NCBI RefSeq assembly: GCF_000142905.1
Contig: NW_013657650.1
Span: 333,919 to 397,918 of the forward strand
Source: Thecamonas trahens ATCC 50062
Taxonomy: Eukaryota > Protista > Apusomonadida
Direction: 5' to 3'
Length of the DNA: 64,000 nt
Shown: positions 23,277 through 33,745 of the stretch, in pieces
How the letters are laid out: every line of letters starts with the position of its first letter
Numbering within the stretch: the stretch's first letter is position 1
Position numbers and translations under genes: made by a program
The notes under the pieces: generated by a model
Told to the model about the DNA's origin: nothing
Database searches by the model: none
The model's input: the letters and a program-made list of their open reading frames with translations, nothing else

Positions 23277-24224
23277 CTACATTGCATCCAGCTCTGCCAG
23301 CTCGCGAGTCATGTTCTCCACAGCCCGCTGCTGCGCATCGGCAAAGGTCGGCGAGAGGTAGATCGACCTGGGCGTGCCGGAGCCACCGGAGCCGAGACCG
23401 AGCGTGCTGCGAAGAAAGGCGGCACGGCCTGATGCAAAGGCGTCGTCGGGAAGTGGGCATACTCGCGGCGAATGTCTCGAGTGTAGCCCGAGTACAGCTC
23501 ATACGGACGGGCGAGCACAGCCATGTCAAAGTCAAGAAACAGAGCGGCATCCGAGTCGTGGCTATAGCCTCCATGACCCTCGACTTGGATCGGAGCATTG
23601 CCTGGGCCGACACCGACGTTGTCGGGCCCGAGGTAGGACCCGTGAGTCAGAGCATGACTGGCGGTCATGACGATGTAGTCGTAGACTTTGCGAACCAAGG
23701 GTGTGTCGAGCTTGGCATTGCGGGCAAAGTCGAGCCAGACATCTGCCGAGTCGTGCTCGTTCGCGCCGCCTCCGCCGTTGATCGGGTTGTAGATGATGCT
23801 GCGCGCGCGAGTGAGTAGCTACGCCTCGGCGCTCTACCGCTCCACCCAACACATGCACTCAAACAGTTTCCCACACGTACTCATGGAAAAAGATGGCAGC
23901 CTCGACTGCGACTACGTCATCCAGCAGCTCTCGATGCTCATCGACGTAGCCCAATAGCTCCCGGATGTGATCGAGCGTGTGATAGTACCGCGATGTCTCA
24001 GTGTACCGCGCATAGATCATGCCCCACCAAGCATGACACACGGTGTCGTCGTCAAGAGCAAGATCGATGCCTGCACTGGTGCTCGCATTGGTCCCCGCAC
24101 TGATGTCTGTTGTTGCCTCGGCGACAGTTGACGCAGTGGTAGCAGACGATTCACCACTGGCTGCAGCGCGCGGCAGGGCGGTGCACAGAGCGAGCCACCG
24201 CGGACGCAGGAGATGGCAGAGCAT
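23277..24224 (-). CDS. HD-superfamily predicted metal-dependent phosphohydrolase; intron 23799-23880; one -1 frame break (~23450)
   Basis: RYYHTLDHI, AAIFFH|DIIYNP (HD motif rebuilt by splicing), NEHDSA, FLDFDMAVL, IRREYAHF, then after repair PDDAFASGRAAFL...RAVENMTREL*. Possible mitochondrial leader. Confidence 0.88.
23799..23880 (-). other. Spliceosomal intron (82 nt) splitting the Asp codon of the HD motif
   Basis: GTACGT donor, TACTCAC branch-like motif, GCAG acceptor; splicing joins GA+C. Confidence 0.9.
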
Positions 24225-24462
24225 GCCCAAATACGGAGAGCTGGCAAGTAGCGTCCTTGCTGTGGTGGATGCAAAGGGAGGTGCGAGTAAAGTGACCCAG
24301 TCGATGGTGGTGGGTGACCGAGTGGGTGAGGGCCGGCGCCTGGCGGCAGGTGCTTCGGCGAGTGGGACGGGCTGGATGGCGGCACTTGATGATGTGGTGC
24401 GCGAGTTCGGTCACTGTGTATGTGGGCAAACGCAGAGAGCTTTTCATTTCTAGCTCTTCGTG

Positions 24463-25731
24463 CTACAATGCAAACTCGGCGGTTGCATTGCCGGAGAGTA
24501 CGATGGTGGATGGGCGGCTAGAGGCATTGTCGCGGAGGATGACGCGGCGGTTTGGGCTTCCGCGGCTGCGGGTCGAGTGCGAGCCTGCGCGTCGGCGCTT
24601 GACCGGCGCCGCGGTCTTGCGCGAGAACGATGAGTTGCGGCGGCGAGACTGGCCGGGGCGTTGTCTTTGTCGGCTGAACGATGAAACACGCTTGACAGCA
24701 GCGGGCTTGGGCGAGGGCGACACCGGATCGTTCACATTGATGAGCGGCATGGACATGGCGTGGTGACACTGCGAGAGGTCCCCATTGAACTTGGCAGGAC
24801 CAACAGCCGAGCTGCCAGAGGCGTGGGCGGTAGGGACAGCGGCGGGCGAGATGTTGATGGAAGACCCACCGTTTGGATCGATAGTGACGCGCTCGACGGA
24901 TGACTGCGAGTTGAAGATATCGGTAGACGGCGAGGCGGCGCGGAAACGGCGGGCAGCCGGTGAGTTTGTCCGCGACACGCGCTCGGCCGAGCCACGGGCG
25001 CGGCGGGAGGACGGCGAGGCACGGCGGGCGACGGGGGAGACGCCACGTGAACCGCCACCGGGCACCGATGCCACGGTCGAGGCCTGGCGCTCGAGCGAGT
25101 GGCATCCGGACATGGATGCCGATCGCTCAAGCGGCTCGGAGCTCGCGTAGCCTTCCTCGAGGAGGAGGAAAGAGACAAGAACTAAAAGCCATTGGGCCAT
25201 CGAGTAGTTCTCGGTCGGCGCACGCTTGCACTGGGTGAGGACGCGGTGGGTGTCCTGCTCGCCAAAGGCGGACCACTTGCGGGCGGTGAAGAAGAGCTTG
25301 AGCGAGATGTGCATGGCGTCAGTGTCGATGCAACGATCGCCGTCGGCGTCAAAGGCGGCAAATGCTCTGTCGAGCACATCAAGAGGTGCGCCGGGAGCGA
25401 GCAGAGCATCCCGGTCGGCTGGCTCGATGGTAGCGAGGATTCGGGCGAGATTGGTGTGCGAGAGTGCACCAAACGGAGGATATAGACTGATGAGCACATC
25501 GTTGGCACGGATGGTATCGGCATGCCGCATGTCCTGTCCACTCTGGCCTCCTGGAAGCTCCATGTCGCGCATGGCGGCTGCATACGCAGCTTGACATATG
25601 ACCGGCGGAGCGAGACCAATCAGCGATTGGACGGCGAGGAGCATGTCAGCGCCCGAGGCAGTGACATTGCCCCGACTGGCCGGACGCCGCTTAGACTTGG
25701 CCTCGGGAACTCTTGACGAGCCACAGCCCAT
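24463..25731 (-). CDS. Putative N-acylated EF-hand protein with Ser/Arg-rich tail
   Basis: N-terminus MGCGSS (myristoylation/palmitoylation consensus); AFAAFDADGDRCIDTD EF-hand-like loop. Confidence 0.65.
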   Translation of the reverse strand: MGCGSSRVPEAKSKRRPASRGNVTASGADMLLAVQSLIGLAPPVICQAAYAAAMRDMELPGGQSGQDMRHADTIRANDVLISLYPPFGALSHTNLARILATIEPADRDALLAPGAPLDVLDRAFAAFDADGDRCIDTDAMHISLKLFFTARKWSAFGEQDTHRVLTQCKRAPTENYSMAQWLLVLVSFLLLEEGYASSEPLERSASMSGCHSLERQASTVASVPGGGSRGVSPVARRASPSSRRARGSAERVSRTNSPAARRFRAASPSTDIFNSQSSVERVTIDPNGGSSINISPAAVPTAHASGSSAVGPAKFNGDLSQCHHAMSMPLINVNDPVSPSPKPAAVKRVSSFSRQRQRPGQSRRRNSSFSRKTAAPVKRRRAGSHSTRSRGSPNRRVILRDNASSRPSTIVLSGNATAEFAL

Positions 25732-26004
25732 GGCTAGAGCTATAGAGGCGGATAGGGGGTGGTGCGGGGGGCACGAGTCGTGTGGTGACAACGCGGTGGT
25801 GGAGTGGGGTGGTGGAGTGAGTGGGTGGTGCCACTGCCCAATATTGCCGGAAGCGGCAATTCGGCAAAAGCAGAAAAATTTCGAATGTGGACGATGGTGC
25901 ACGTGATTAGAGCCAACTTGGCCCGTGTGAGAATGACGCCACGCACATGGCAAACCGCGAGCAGTGCTGTGTTTACTTCCACAAGCAGTAGAAAGCCAGA
26001 CGAG

Positions 26005-27741
26005 TTACGGGCACTTTTTGTGGACGAGCGCGGCGCCGTGCTCCTCGTACTCTTGCTTGGAGATCCAGAGCGAGTGGAAGGAGCCGAGCGAGGCCATGAT
26101 GGAGCCGCCGATCCAGGGCGCAAAGCGCTGCTCGGTGGGGGTGTTGATGGAAGAGACCTTGACCTTGAAGGTCTGCGGAAGAAGCGGGGCGAGGTGCTTG
26201 CGGAGGCGCGGGGTAAAGTCTGGGAACAGGGTGTTGCCGCCGGTGACAATGACAGAGCCGAAGAGGTCGCGGCGGAGGTCGACGTCTGCGAGCGAGACCG
26301 ACTTGTAAACCATCTCGTGGACGCCGAGCGAATCGTCGCGGTGGCCGAGGTCACCGGAGATAGGGTCAGCATCGTTGTAGCGGGTGCCGGGCTTGGAAAG
26401 CCACTCGGGCTTGCGGATCGAGTCGTCGGGGGTGAGCGGCGGGGCGGCCGGGAGGCGCGAGGCAGCGGCGACCGAGTCTTCGCCGGTGTCCATGGCGACC
26501 GGCTCCGAGGCGGTGGCGTGGGGGCGGAAGCGGTCTTCGTAGAACCAGCGCGGGCGAAAGAGGACCTCGGGGACGAGGAAGCGCTCGGGCCCGAGATCGA
26601 GGACGGTGCGGTCGGGGAGCTCGTACGGGACGACCGGGACCGAGCCGGTGGAGGCACCAAAGGCGTCTGCGGGCGCAAAGGCGCAGACGGAGCGCTTGAT
26701 GTCGTCGAGGAGGGCGGAGCGGGTGAACGAGTCGTACGAGTGGGTGACGCGGATGTCGTCGGTGTACTCGACGGTGGTGTTGCCCTCGTCGTCGGTGACG
26801 AGCTTGAAGCCGTGGCGCGGGGTGACCCGGCCTCCGGCGGCCTCGACGAGGTGATGGAGAACCTTGTTGAGCGAGTTGCCGCCGATAGCGTGGTTGCGAA
26901 CCACGGTCTTCTGCAGGACGTAGCCGTCCGAGACGACTGAGGCGGTGGTGACCGAGCCGCCGGATGAGAGGACGACACCAGACGGCTTGCCGACGGCGTA
27001 GGTGGAGAGTACGGCGTCCTTGGCCACAAAGTACGCTGGTGCGCCGTACGTCTCAAAGGCGAGCTCGGTGAGCTTTTCGCGGGCGGAGCGGGTGTTGAAG
27101 ACCGACTCGGTGAAGAGCAGCGGGTGTTGCGAGGGGTCGACCTGGAGCACCGAAGTGAATGCGTGGTTCAGTATCGCCTGTGTGCCCTCCCAGTCGGTGA
27201 TGAGGCCGTGGTGCATGATGGGCGTGAGCTCGACGTGCGGCCGCGAGACGCAGAGCGCGCCAGAGCCCACAATGTACCGTGACTTGCCTGCGCCCGAGTG
27301 ATGGACCGGATCCTCAAGATCCATGGCAGCCTCGTTTGCCGATGCCGACGAGCCGACGGCACCACTGGCCTTGGCCGGCTCGACCCGTGCGCCAACACAC
27401 GACGGCATGACCGACTTTGGCGTATCCTCACCAGCAAATCCGATTCGGGTCGTCGACGAGCCGATGTCGAGCACCAAGGCCGCAACCTCATCTGCGTTGG
27501 TTACAGCATCCAGCCCATAAGCCCACCCACCACCGGGTGTATACGTATGACGTATGCATGAGTATTGTGAACAGTGAGTCGCTCTTTCCCTATCTTTGTT
27601 CCCTATCTGTCCTCGTCCGCCCTGTCCGCCTTGCCCCCCCCCCCCCCCCCCCTCCCGGTCCGCTCGGCCACCCCCCACCATTCCCCCCACAACCACCCTC
27701 AGCACTACAGCCCACAGCAAGAACGTACCGCCACCAAACAT
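26005..27741 (-). CDS. ARP4: Actin-related protein 4 (BAF53/ACTL6-like); intron 27492-27728
   Basis: Spliced N-terminus MFGG|DEVAALVLDIGSSTTRIGFAGEDTPKS; HPLLFTE, REKLTELAFE, YELPD, ERFLVPEVLF, VIVTGGNTL, WIGGSIMASLGSFHSLWISKQEYEEHG...KKCP. Confidence 0.95.
   Translation of the reverse strand: MFGGGTFLLWAVVLRVVVGGMVGGGRADREGGGGGGQGGQGGRGQIGNKDRERATHCSQYSCIRHTYTPGGGWAYGLDAVTNADEVAALVLDIGSSTTRIGFAGEDTPKSVMPSCVGARVEPAKASGAVGSSASANEAAMDLEDPVHHSGAGKSRYIVGSGALCVSRPHVELTPIMHHGLITDWEGTQAILNHAFTSVLQVDPSQHPLLFTESVFNTRSAREKLTELAFETYGAPAYFVAKDAVLSTYAVGKPSGVVLSSGGSVTTASVVSDGYVLQKTVVRNHAIGGNSLNKVLHHLVEAAGGRVTPRHGFKLVTDDEGNTTVEYTDDIRVTHSYDSFTRSALLDDIKRSVCAFAPADAFGASTGSVPVVPYELPDRTVLDLGPERFLVPEVLFRPRWFYEDRFRPHATASEPVAMDTGEDSVAAASRLPAAPPLTPDDSIRKPEWLSKPGTRYNDADPISGDLGHRDDSLGVHEMVYKSVSLADVDLRRDLFGSVIVTGGNTLFPDFTPRLRKHLAPLLPQTFKVKVSSINTPTEQRFAPWIGGSIMASLGSFHSLWISKQEYEEHGAALVHKKCP
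27492..27728 (-). other. Spliceosomal intron (237 nt) in ARP4
   Basis: GTACGT...GCAG; removal restores the conserved GGDEV start. Confidence 0.9.
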
Positions 27742-28081
27742 TATGAAGTTATGTGGTGTATGCGAGTTGCCAACAGAAAGGGGAGTTGCTCCTTGTCTCG
27801 CACGCGCGCTCGAGTCAAGTGGCTGGAGTATGAGTATGAGCGTGTGCAAGTGCAAGTGCTGGAGGTCGGTGGGTAGCAGCTTGGTCGTCGTCGTCGTCCT
27901 TGTCATGGACTGATTGACTCACCGAGGGGGGGGGGGGGGGAGTGGGCGCTACCTGGTAGTGGTCCTACAATTGGTGTGTGCGCCGTCAAGCGGCTGTGGT
28001 CACTGACGGTCGTCGGCAGAGGGTAGGCGACCTCGTCAGAGCGCCCCACTCCTCACCCAATCCTCATATCTCGGGACAAGG

Positions 28082-28459
28082 ATGGCAGACGCCCCAATGA
28101 CGTCTTTGCCGAGTGATGGAGTGCTCAATGCCTCGGCGTCGTCGCTGGCGTCGTCGGTGGACTTGACGTGTCCGGCACCGTTTGAGCGCTCGCGCTCGCT
28201 CGTTCTTCCGCCGGTCACAGGAAGGGACAGCGATGGCAATGGTGATGATGGCATCCTTCGCGCCTCGCAATCGGTGGCAAGGATTCGGCCGCGGCGACGA
28301 AAACCCGTGCGATCTGCGACAACGACGACTGTCACTGACTTTACCACCGAGCTCAAGAACCTACGCGCGCTCTCGCAAAGCCTCGATCCTGTCCGTGCCG
28401 CTACCAGCACCTTGCGATCTGAGCTTGCAGCCCTTGCTGAGCGTGCGGCCGACTTGTAG
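28082..28459 (+). CDS. Possible small hypothetical protein with C-terminal coiled coil
   Basis: ATG-initiated 125 aa ORF divergent from ARP4 with a heptad-like C-terminus; no recognised family. Confidence 0.35.
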   Translation: MADAPMTSLPSDGVLNASASSLASSVDLTCPAPFERSRSLVLPPVTGRDSDGNGDDGILRASQSVARIRPRRRKPVRSATTTTVTDFTTELKNLRALSQSLDPVRAATSTLRSELAALAERAADL

Positions 28460-28626
28460 TCGACTGGACCTGTAGCCACAGCGATGCGATTGAAACATCC
28501 CCTGATCGTCATCCCCCTCTCCCCCGATCTGCACCACGCCACCCCCACCCACCCCACACCTCCCCCCCACCACCACCCCACCCACCACCCACTACCCATC
28601 CACGCACCCTATTTCCACCTCTACCG

Positions 28627-28729
28627 NNNNNNNNNNNNNNNNNNNNNNNNNNNNNNNNNNNNNNNNNNNNNNNNNNNNNNNNNNNNNNNNNNNNNNNNNN
28701 NNNNNNNNNNNNNNNNNNNNNNNNNNNNN
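28627..28729. other. Assembly gap with duplicated flanks
   Basis: N run; ~28543-28625 recurs at ~28808-28888. Confidence 0.95.
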
Positions 28730-28892
28730 CCCCCCCAAACCCTGTTCGCCAACAACCGTTCGCCCGCACCACGACCACCACCCACCCCACCCACCTCACC
28801 TCCACCCACCCCACCCACCCCACACTCCCCCCCCACCACCACCCCACCCACCACCCACTACCCATCCAGCACCCTATTTCCACCTCTCCCCC

Positions 28893-31319
28893 ATGCGCGC
28901 GAGTGAAGAAGAGGCCATCCGAGCACTGGCCCTCAAACGACTGGGTATCCTTCCGTCTGAACTGGTCAAGCCCGAGCTCGAGTCCTTCACCTCTTCATCA
29001 GGTGATGGCTACAACTTGGCTGCCTCCAAGAAGCTACAGTTTTATGAAGCAAGACGAGAGCGGTTACTCCGTGCCGTAGCTGCTGAAGAAGCTGATATCA
29101 TCAAGGCAAGATCGCTGTCGAAATCGTCTTCATCTCGTGCTGCTGTTCAATCCGCGCTCGCCACCGCCATCGTTTCCTCGCCAGCCGCGGTGACTGCTGC
29201 GTCGTCGATGGCGGCGACACGCTCCCGTCCCACTGCGCGTCGGGCGAAAGAGGCCCCGGGTCTAAAGCCGCGTCCGCCGGCAAAGCCGCATGCTACCCGA
29301 GCGGTAGACGCGGCGCCGAGGCGCGGTCGGATGCGGGCGTCGCCGCCGCCGGTCTCGTCGACTTCGGCGCCGCCGCCGCTGGTCCGCATCGCCAAGATGC
29401 CGCCGCATGCTGCCCGTCATCACCAGCGCCAGCGCGCCAAGGACAAGCGAGCCGCGCTGGCGGCCGCCCCCGCCGGACTCAACCGCTCGCTCTCGTTGCT
29501 TCAGCTCTCGGCGTCATCGATCAACCTTTCTGGCTCTCGCTCCGGCGACGACCTCGCCCAGTCGTCGTCTCCGCAGCCGCAGCCGCAGAGCGGGCCCACC
29601 GCACCGCCACAGCCTGCCCAGCCGACTGCTCCGCCATCAGCTGCTGAGCTCGAGGCCGCCCAGCGCGTCCTTGCCTCGGTCCAGCGGCAGGCGCGGTCTG
29701 ACGCTGTCGAGACTGCACGCAAGGCCAACGAGCGTGCGGTCCAACTCAAGGCCACTGCTCGCTTTGTCCGCTCGCATGGCCGCGCAGGCGTCTTTGCGCT
29801 CGATCCTCAGCACGAGGCCGAGCTACTCGGCTCGCTCCGCGCCGAAGCCGCCGAGGAGGCCGGCCAGCCCGACTCGGGTGAGCGGCTCCGGCGGAGCCGG
29901 GCCCCATGGCGCGCTCCGCTGCTAGCCCTCCTCGAGGCGCTGGCCAAGTGCAAGGGCAAAGCGCCGGCACGGAGCAAGGTTCTCGACGCCTTTATCGCCG
30001 AAGGCCATGCCAAGCACTCGGCTGCCGCCGCCGGCAACGCCACCCTCGACTTTGGCCCAAACGTCGACCTCGAGACTGCCCGTGAGCTCATCCTCACCCG
30101 CGACGCGTCCGGTCGCTCGCTCCTCTTCACTCGGGCCGAGCAGAACCAGGCCAAGCGCGCCAAGCGCGAGTATCACGTCCGTCTCGCCGAGGAGCACCGC
30201 AAGCAGCGCGCTCAGGAGCTCAAGGCCCGCATCGCCGCCGCAGCGCGCCGCGCCGAGGAGCGCCAGGCCGCCATTGCTCGAGCTCGTGCCCAAGACGCAG
30301 CAGACGCTGCACGTGCCATTGAGGCCAAGCAGCGTCGCGCCGCAAAGTACCGCGCCAAGGCCGAGCGCATCCTTGCGCGCCGCCGCGAGCGCGTGGTTTC
30401 CAAAGAGGAGCGCGAGGCAACTAGGCTGCGCGAGCTCGAGAGCAAGCGCGCCGCTGAGCGCCAAGCCGCTCAGGCGCGCGCCAAGCGCCGCGAGGCTGAG
30501 CGCCAGGACCGCCTCGCCGCTGACGCCGCGGCCAAGGAGGCCCAGCGCCGCCAGCGCGAGGCCGCCAAGGCCCAAGCTGCACAGGAAGCCGCCAAGGCTG
30601 CCAAAGACGCTGCTGCCCGTGCCCGTCTCGATCAGCTCGAGCGTGAGCTCGTTGCTGCCGAGCGACAGGCCTGCGTCGAGCGCGCCCGTCGTGCCCAAGA
30701 GTGGCGCGCCGAAGAGATGCGCGCACGCCTTGCTGCGGACGAGGCCAAGCGCGCTGCCCTACTTGCGTCTGCCCGTGCCGCGCGTGTGACCGATGACCCG
30801 GCGGTTGTCCTCGCCGCCGACACCGTCGCTGCTGCTGCCGCTGCGCCGCCGACGCGCCCCCGCCCGCCGTCGGGCCCGCCTCCGCTTCTCGCCCGCCGCC
30901 CAGCCCGGCGCATTCCGCCGCACCCGTCGATCTTCCGGCTCACCCAGCCGTCGGAGCATGGTTCGGGCCCGCCGTCGCCAACTGGTACCCCGCCGCCGGC
31001 CCTTGTCTCGATGTTTAAGCCGACGAACACACGGGTTGTCTTTGTCGTCACAGACTCGGAAACCGGCGTCGAGAGCCCAGCCGACCTCACCACCGCCGCT
31101 GATGACCCGGACCGTGCCATCCTCGTCCTCGACCTTCCGCGATATCCGCCCGACCGCGTACCCGGGATTTCTCAGCCGGCCGCCCCGTCGCCACCGCCGG
31201 CCGCCAACCACCACTCACTCCACTCGCTCGGCAAAGTCGACGAGGCCGACCTCATCGACGAGCTGCAGTTTCCAATCTCCGACGCCGCTCTGTCCACCGT
31301 CGCCGCGAGCAGTCATTGA
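28893..31319 (+). CDS. Hypothetical protein with long Ala/Arg/Glu/Lys coiled-coil region
   Basis: 808 aa ORF with GC3-biased codons and a charged helical region at about aa 415-625. Confidence 0.75.
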   Translation: MRASEEEAIRALALKRLGILPSELVKPELESFTSSSGDGYNLAASKKLQFYEARRERLLRAVAAEEADIIKARSLSKSSSSRAAVQSALATAIVSSPAAVTAASSMAATRSRPTARRAKEAPGLKPRPPAKPHATRAVDAAPRRGRMRASPPPVSSTSAPPPLVRIAKMPPHAARHHQRQRAKDKRAALAAAPAGLNRSLSLLQLSASSINLSGSRSGDDLAQSSSPQPQPQSGPTAPPQPAQPTAPPSAAELEAAQRVLASVQRQARSDAVETARKANERAVQLKATARFVRSHGRAGVFALDPQHEAELLGSLRAEAAEEAGQPDSGERLRRSRAPWRAPLLALLEALAKCKGKAPARSKVLDAFIAEGHAKHSAAAAGNATLDFGPNVDLETARELILTRDASGRSLLFTRAEQNQAKRAKREYHVRLAEEHRKQRAQELKARIAAAARRAEERQAAIARARAQDAADAARAIEAKQRRAAKYRAKAERILARRRERVVSKEEREATRLRELESKRAAERQAAQARAKRREAERQDRLAADAAAKEAQRRQREAAKAQAAQEAAKAAKDAAARARLDQLERELVAAERQACVERARRAQEWRAEEMRARLAADEAKRAALLASARAARVTDDPAVVLAADTVAAAAAAPPTRPRPPSGPPPLLARRPARRIPPHPSIFRLTQPSEHGSGPPSPTGTPPPALVSMFKPTNTRVVFVVTDSETGVESPADLTTAADDPDRAILVLDLPRYPPDRVPGISQPAAPSPPPAANHHSLHSLGKVDEADLIDELQFPISDAALSTVAASSH

Positions 31320-31340
31320 ACACTCACTCCCGCACCCTCA

Positions 31341-32879
31341 CTACAGCCACCCCGGTGAGCCCGACCCGGACGAGAGCGATCGGCCGCGCGTCTGCTGCTT
31401 TGAATCGGCCTTGAGGTACCGTCGCCGCCGCCGCCGCCGCCGCTGTCGCGGCTCCGATGTCGGCACCAAGCCGGAGCTGCCAGTCCGCGGCGTGCTGGGC
31501 ACGCTTGCCGACCGAGCCCGCCGCCGCTCGGCAGCCTCGGTCCTGGACACGTGCTTGTGTTTGCGACGGTGGTGCCGATGCCGGCGGCGGTACGGGTGTG
31601 AGCTGGGTGGCAGAGGATCTGGAGATGCCGACCGTGTTGCCGACCGCGTCGCTGACCGCGTCGCAGCTCGCTCCGGGTGCCGGAGCGTCGAGAGCGGCGG
31701 CGGCGACGGGAGCGGCAGGGCCCGCGCCACCACCAGGTTGCCGCCGCGGGCAACTCGCACTGGCCGCGCTGCCATGAGTTGTGCCTGATATGCCCGCCGT
31801 GCCGCCGCTGCCTCTTGCCGACGCAGCGAGGCCTCCAGCAGGCTCTCGGCGGTCTTGGTCTCCTCCGGCGATTGGGTGTGTGGCGCCAGCTCCGGCCGCG
31901 GCGCCGGTCTGCCCGCACTCTCGCCCCGGCTCCCGGCCAGCTGCGCCATTCGCGACGCCACCGCCTTGAGCTTGGCCTCGCGCCGTGCCGCCGCCGCCGA
32001 CATCCGCGCCTGATTCTTGGCCGCCACTTGGGCCGCCCGCTCTCGCTCGCGCAACTCTGCGGCTTGCCGATCGATCCGCGACACCACAGGCCGTGCCACC
32101 TGCGACTTGTATACTGGAAATGGCGTCGTGCCGCGCGCCGGCTGCGTCTCGGCCACCGGCGCAGCGCCGATGCGGTTGTTCCGTCGCCGCCGCCGTGGCG
32201 AGGGGGGGCCTGGAGTCGTGTCGGGGGCGCTGACCGCTGGTAACTCCTCAACCTCGCTTTCATCATCAGCATTTGCCTTGGCCTTGACCTTGGCCTTCCG
32301 CTTTCGCTTCCGCTTCCGCTTGCTCTTCTTCATCTTCGGCCCTCCGCCAGCCTCGGCTGCTGTTGTCTCCGTCGCACCATCCAGACTCTGTCCGCGGCAG
32401 ACGTCAGCATGGCCCTCGAGCCGATGCGCATCTCTGCATGCTGCCGAGCAGTAGACCGCTGGGCAGGTGGTGCACACAACCCACTGACGGACAGGCGAGC
32501 GTTTCGCCCCTGTCCCTCCCACAGCATGGGCGCGGACTCGTGATCTCTGGGCCGGGGCACCACGGGTGCGACCAATATGATCACGATGGTCACGATGGTC
32601 ATCGCCATTCCATGATTCGGACTGAGCGCCAGCAGGCTCATCCACGCCATCCATAGCCAATGAAGCACCACTCGCAGCAGGCCATGCATCTCCCGTCAAA
32701 CTCATTCCCCTGGAAGCCACGTTTGCCTGCACCGTCCGTCCGCATCGCCAGCATGCCTCCTCACGTCGGCCATCCCCAGCAGCAGGTGGAGGAATGGCCG
32801 GAATGACTCTGCCCGCCCTACCACCATTGACACTACCACTGTCATCTGGACTGGCTTCGTGTGACCCATTCCCGCCCAT
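31341..32879 (-). CDS. Hypothetical protein with interrupted MYND-like zinc finger, basic NLS-like stretch and coiled coil
   Basis: CWRC ... CTTCPAVYCSAACRDAHRLEGHADVC; KMKKSKRKRKRKRK; ATG at 32879. Confidence 0.65.
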   Translation of the reverse strand: MGGNGSHEASPDDSGSVNGGRAGRVIPAIPPPAAGDGRREEACWRCGRTVQANVASRGMSLTGDAWPAASGASLAMDGVDEPAGAQSESWNGDDHRDHRDHIGRTRGAPAQRSRVRAHAVGGTGAKRSPVRQWVVCTTCPAVYCSAACRDAHRLEGHADVCRGQSLDGATETTAAEAGGGPKMKKSKRKRKRKRKAKVKAKANADDESEVEELPAVSAPDTTPGPPSPRRRRRNNRIGAAPVAETQPARGTTPFPVYKSQVARPVVSRIDRQAAELRERERAAQVAAKNQARMSAAAARREAKLKAVASRMAQLAGSRGESAGRPAPRPELAPHTQSPEETKTAESLLEASLRRQEAAAARRAYQAQLMAARPVRVARGGNLVVARALPLPSPPPLSTLRHPERAATRSATRSATRSASPDPLPPSSHPYRRRHRHHRRKHKHVSRTEAAERRRARSASVPSTPRTGSSGLVPTSEPRQRRRRRRRRYLKADSKQQTRGRSLSSGSGSPGWL

Positions 32880-33080
32880 GGCCCTCCTCGCTCTTCTACA
32901 CGAGCGGTGTGGCCTTGCCAATACCTCGGCCCTCTCCTGCTGTGGTTGACCCGCACTCGCCGCGACCGCTCGTCCGCTGCTCACACACTCGCTCGCCTTG
33001 TCGACGCCATCATCGGGCCACTATAGAGTGTTGCCGCTCCTTGTCACACATGCGATTGCCGTCAACACTGTCATATCGCG

Positions 33081-33084
<4 letters not shown>

Positions 33085-33161
<77 letters not shown>
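33085..33161. repeat. (CT)n microsatellite
   Basis: Near-perfect CT run in the divergent intergenic region. Confidence 0.95.
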
Positions 33162-33745
33162 TTCAGCTCCGTGTAAGCTACGGTCCGACCTGTCCACTCC
33201 ATCGTCGGCCCTTGGCGATGCGAGCCTTCGCTGTCGACTCCAGCCGCCGATGTCGTCGGTCAAGAGACTCGCAATCGTCTGGTTGCAGCTACGAGGGCCA
33301 TGTTCATTGCAAGCTTGTAAAACTGCTCGCCAATGTCCCCTAGCCACGACATAGAAGTACCAATGGCTACGATGGTGGTCTTTGATTGCTATTGTTGACG
33401 AGGCATGCCAGCTTGAGTGAAAGATGGCTCAACCGGGCTGGTGCACATGAGGCGCTCATCTGGTATGGAACCTTCTCGTGGACCCGCTGTCGTCCCCTTT
33501 TGTTTAGCATGTAGGTGTGCTGCATGATGGGCAAGGTAGTCCAGTCCGTAGTGTCGGTCTCGTCATCGGCAATGGCCCGGCAAAAAAATGACACACACCT
33601 CGCACCTCAGTTAAGTCACGCTGTCGATCAAAGCGTGCGAGCGCAGCCACTGCCACGCCCGCTGCCACCGCACAGCCACCACCACCTCACTCTCTCTGTC
33701 ACTACTACTGATATCCCCCTCTCCCCACCACTACCACCGAGTACC

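Noticed and set aside
28543-28888. Direct repeat flanking the N gap (possible LTR or target duplication)
   Set aside because: Near-identical copies with small indels on either side of a gap indicate an unmerged contig overlap.
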